From Candidatus Bathyarchaeota archaeon (lineage in GTDB: Archaea > Thermoproteota > Bathyarchaeia > Bathyarchaeales > Bathycorpusculaceae), in NCBI GenBank assembly GCA_963811105.1, contig CAWEPZ010000002.1, positions 96,001 through 160,000 of the forward strand: DNA of 64,000 nucleotides, in the 5' to 3' direction. The notes under the pieces were generated by a model. That model saw only the letters and a program-made list of their open reading frames with translations. It was not told the DNA's origin and made no database searches. Position 1 is the stretch's first letter, and every line of letters begins with the position of its first letter. This document shows, in pieces, positions 60,669 to 64,000 of the stretch. A program made the position numbers and the translations under genes.

Positions 60669-62222
60669 ATGATTCGCAAATTAGCAATCGCCGATTTCCC
60701 GGCAATTCTCAATGTGATAAACGACGCCGCTCAGGCTTACAAAGGAAGAATTCCAAAGGACCGCTGGAAAGAACCCTACATGCCTGCCACTGAACTTGAA
60801 GAAGAAATCGATAGCGGCGTGCAATTCTACGGTTACTTTGAAAAAAGTGCCTTGATAGCTGTAATGGGGATCCAACGCATAAGCAGCGTTACTTTAGTTA
60901 GGCATGCATATGTGTTGAAAAATTACCAGCGGAAAGGGCTGGGGGAAAAACTACTCAGACACTTGCTTAGCTTAGCACAAACATCAACTATTTATGTGGG
61001 AACTTGGGAGGCGGCGTCTTGGGCTATCAAATTTTACGAAAAATACGGGTTTAAACTGCTCTCAACCGAAGAGAAGAATAAACTATTAAGAAAATATTGG
61101 AGCATTCCCAAACGACAGGTTCAAACCTCAGTAGTACTTGAACAAAACAGACAACTCCAATTGAAACAAACCCTCTTCTTAAGAGTTAATCCAAAGAACC
61201 CAGAAATGGCAAAAATACAAACAGCTGCCCAAATCATCCGAAAAGGCGGGTTAGTGGCATTTCCAACAGAAACAGTTTACGGTTTAGGCGCAAATGCACT
61301 TAACTCAGATGCTGTAGCCGCTCTTTTTGAGGCAAAAAAAAGACCGCTAGATAACCCGCCAATCGTTCATGTAGCGAGCCCCAGTGAAGTACACCGGCTA
61401 GCGAGAGAAGTTCCGAAAAAAGCTGAGTTGCTTATGGAAAAGTTTTGGCCTGGACCCTTAACTTTAGTTTTTAAACGTTCAAGAATAGTTCCAAACGTCA
61501 CGGTTGCAGGCTTAGATACGATTGCAATTCGCATGCCAAAACACAGAGTAGCTCTTGCATTAATCAAAGAAAGTGGTTGCCCAATTGCTGCTCCAAGCGC
61601 GAACCTCGCTGGGAAACCTAGCCCAACAATTGCACATCACGTTTGTGAAGATCTTGACGGAAGAATTGACGCTATCATAGACAGTGGACCTACAAACATA
61701 GGTGTTGAGTCAACCGTTGTAGACATAAGTGTTGACTCTCCGATGGTTCTTAGACCAGGCGGAACAACCCTTGAAGCTTTAGAGCAGGTTCTTGGTGAAG
61801 TGAAAGTTCACCCTTTTGTACAGGCTGAGCAGGAATTGCCCCTGGAAAAAATTAGTTCTCCTGGAATGAAACATAGACATTATGCGCCTAAGGCAGAAGT
61901 AATTCTTGTTGAAGGAGCAATTCCAGCCGTCATAAAGAAAATTCAAGAACTAACGGAATCATTCAAGTTAAAGGGCGTAAAAGTTGGAATCTTAGCTACA
62001 GACGAAACGCAAACCTCGTACAAAGCAATGGTAGTAAAATCTCTTGGCAGCCGTTTAAACCTGCCTTTAATCGCTCAAAATCTATTCCGTTTATTAAGAG
62101 AAGTTGACGAAGAAAACGTGGGCGTTATCCTAGCTGAAGGTGTTGGATCAGAAGAAATGGGGTTGGCAATTATGAACAGACTTCGCAAAGCCTCAGGTTA
62201 TCACATAATCAAGGCAGAATAG
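60669..62222 (+). CDS. sua5: GNAT acetyltransferase fused to threonylcarbamoyl-AMP synthase Sua5
   Basis: N-terminal GNAT (YQRKGLG, AIKFYEKYGF); VAFPTETVYGLGA, KKRPLDNP, APSAN, PGMKHRHYAP, MNRLRKA. Confidence 0.88.
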   Translation: MIRKLAIADFPAILNVINDAAQAYKGRIPKDRWKEPYMPATELEEEIDSGVQFYGYFEKSALIAVMGIQRISSVTLVRHAYVLKNYQRKGLGEKLLRHLLSLAQTSTIYVGTWEAASWAIKFYEKYGFKLLSTEEKNKLLRKYWSIPKRQVQTSVVLEQNRQLQLKQTLFLRVNPKNPEMAKIQTAAQIIRKGGLVAFPTETVYGLGANALNSDAVAALFEAKKRPLDNPPIVHVASPSEVHRLAREVPKKAELLMEKFWPGPLTLVFKRSRIVPNVTVAGLDTIAIRMPKHRVALALIKESGCPIAAPSANLAGKPSPTIAHHVCEDLDGRIDAIIDSGPTNIGVESTVVDISVDSPMVLRPGGTTLEALEQVLGEVKVHPFVQAEQELPLEKISSPGMKHRHYAPKAEVILVEGAIPAVIKKIQELTESFKLKGVKVGILATDETQTSYKAMVVKSLGSRLNLPLIAQNLFRLLREVDEENVGVILAEGVGSEEMGLAIMNRLRKASGYHIIKAE

Positions 62223-62397
62223 AAGTTCAATGATGGATGAGCGAGAGAGAGAAAGTTTAGTGTGCTTTTCGGCTCTCAAGTGTCGATAAATGCAGTATCT
62301 TCAATAGTTGTGGCGTTGTTTGGTGGGAAAAATTTATATTTAAATATTCGATTGTTGAATTCCGTTATTACTCAAAAATAGGAAATTGGTGAAAATT

Positions 62398-64000
62398 ATG
62401 TCTCAAGGTGGAGGAAACATTCCAGTTCTAGTATTAAAAGAAGGTACAAACAGAAATACAGGTCGCGAAGCGCTAAAAAACAATATTATGGCGGCAAAAA
62501 TAGTTGCTGAATCAGTAAAAAGCACACTTGGTCCGTGCGGCATGGATAAAATGCTCGTTAACAGCATGGGCGATGTTTCTATTACCAATGACGGCGCAAC
62601 CATAATGAAAGAGCTTGACATTCAACATCCAGCAGGAAAAATGCTCGTGGAAGTTGCAAAAGCTCAAGACAACGAGGTTGGCGACGGAACAACAACAGCA
62701 GTGATTTTAGCAGGCGAATTACTTTCAAAAGCAGAAAGCTTGGTTGACAAAAACGTTCATCCAACAGTCATAATTGAAGGCTTTAAGAAAGCTAGTGAGA
62801 AAGCTTTAGAACTCTTAGAAAAAATGGCCATACCCGTTTCAATCGATGATGAAAAAACCCTTAAGGATATTGCAATCACGTCATTATCTAGCAAAGGCAT
62901 TAACGTTGCAGAAGATCACTTCGCAAAAATCATTGTTGAAGCAGTAAAACAGGTATCCGAAAAAATTGATGGCAAATACGTTGCAGACATTGACCTAATA
63001 AAAGTCATTAAAAAACATGGTAGAAGCTTGGACGAAACAGAACTTGTCAGAGGCATGGTTATCGACAAAGAAATTGCCAGCTCACAAATGCCCAAAATCA
63101 TTGAAGGTGCTAAAATCGCTCTTCTAAATGCTAAGATGGAGATTGAAAAAACAGAGTTTGACGCTAAAATAAACATTGAAAGTCCAAATCAAATGCAGCT
63201 TTTCCTCGATGAAGAAGAACGCATGCTTAAAGAAATGGTTACCTCAGTTACAAAAGCAGGCGCAAACGTTGTCTTCTGCGAAAAAGGCATTGACGACATG
63301 GCATTACACTTTCTTGGCAAAGCTGGAGTCTTAGCTGTTAAGAGCGTAAGTAGCAGTGACATGGAAAAACTATCCAAAGCTACAGGTGCTAAAATAGTTG
63401 CAAGCGTAAAAGACATATCAGCTGATGTTCTTGGCAAAGCTAAACGTGTCGAAGAAGTAAAAATCGGCGACGACAAACTACTATACGTTCGAGAAGCCAA
63501 AAATCCTAAAGCCGTAACCATAGTTATCAGAGGCGCATCTAACCAAGTTATCGATGAAGCAGAACGCTCACTCCATGACGGTTTATCTGTTGTAAGAAAC
63601 GTTATAGAAGACGGCAAAATCGTTGCAGGCGGCGGCGCACCAGAAGCAGAACTAGCTAAAAACCTACGAGCATACGCGGTCAAAGTCGGCGGGCGAGAAC
63701 AACTTGCAGTAGAAGCTTTTGCAGACGCAGTTGAATCAATCCCACTAACATTAGCTGAAAATGCAGGCTTAGACCCCATAGACATCATGGTCGCACTCCG
63801 AGCACAACACGAGAAACCAGACAGCCAATACTTCGGCATAGAAGTCTCAACAGGCAAAATAAAAAACATGCGTGACCTACTAGTAATTGAACCTCTCCGC
63901 GTGAAGCAACAAGTAATAAAATCAGCCACAGAAGCAACAAACATGATATTGAAAATCGACGACTTAATCAGCGTTAAAGGCGGAGGAAAAATGCCCCCAA
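62398..64000 (+). CDS. thermosome (group II chaperonin) subunit, 3'-truncated by the window end
   Basis: manual translation: [46 protein letters not shown]; no stop before the window end, so it is absent from the ORF track. Confidence 0.95.
   Translation, partial: MSQGGGNIPVLVLKEGTNRNTGREALKNNIMAAKIVAESVKSTLGPCGMDKMLVNSMGDVSITNDGATIMKELDIQHPAGKMLVEVAKAQDNEVGDGTTTAVILAGELLSKAESLVDKNVHPTVIIEGFKKASEKALELLEKMAIPVSIDDEKTLKDIAITSLSSKGINVAEDHFAKIIVEAVKQVSEKIDGKYVADIDLIKVIKKHGRSLDETELVRGMVIDKEIASSQMPKIIEGAKIALLNAKMEIEKTEFDAKINIESPNQMQLFLDEEERMLKEMVTSVTKAGANVVFCEKGIDDMALHFLGKAGVLAVKSVSSSDMEKLSKATGAKIVASVKDISADVLGKAKRVEEVKIGDDKLLYVREAKNPKAVTIVIRGASNQVIDEAERSLHDGLSVVRNVIEDGKIVAGGGAPEAELAKNLRAYAVKVGGREQLAVEAFADAVESIPLTLAENAGLDPIDIMVALRAQHEKPDSQYFGIEVSTGKIKNMRDLLVIEPLRVKQQVIKSATEATNMILKIDDLISVKGGGKMPP

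Noticed and set aside
63189-63944. 251-aa minus-strand ORF, plus many short antisense ORFs throughout the track
   Set aside because: Shadow of the plus-strand thermosome; the others likewise overlap well-supported genes and show no motifs

Overview
Archaeal chromosomal window, probably Bathyarchaeia (inferred from gene content: wHTH-TM regulator, membrane-anchored PQQ-type propellers, DHH/DUF3194/prefoldin block, thermosome). The main feature is a ~39-kb biosynthetic region (~1.8-41.1 kb) with nine radical SAM genes: five cobalamin-binding, one HemN-like, two SPASM-type (one resembling GMGT synthase) and one tetraether-synthase (Tes)-like gene coupled to a divergent DGGGP-synthase-like UbiA. 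The region also holds five glycosyltransferases, an NDP-sugar epimerase, a methyltransferase, an orphan RnfD-ferredoxin fusion and dispersed cobamide nucleotide-loop genes (cbiB, cobD, cobY, cobS, cobZ, DUF71). Three of these (cobS, cobY, DUF71) duplicate a canonical DUF71-cobT-cobS-cobY operon at 47.9-51.1 kb, and the cluster copies of cobS and DUF71 have altered motifs. My best hypothesis is a B12-dependent tetraether lipid synthesis and tailoring system; a modified-cobamide pathway is the alternative. A ~6-kb accessory block (receiver protein, GT4, six-hairpin GH-like, CBS, GH130) separates the cob genes. Housekeeping genes fill the right end: endonuclease IV, ECF module, DHH, prefoldin beta, GNAT-Sua5 fusion and a partial thermosome. 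Several genes carry single-base frameshifts and one aldo/keto reductase is clearly decayed. I found no rRNA, complete tRNA, CRISPR array or transposase. All family calls come from recognising motifs by eye, not from database searches.
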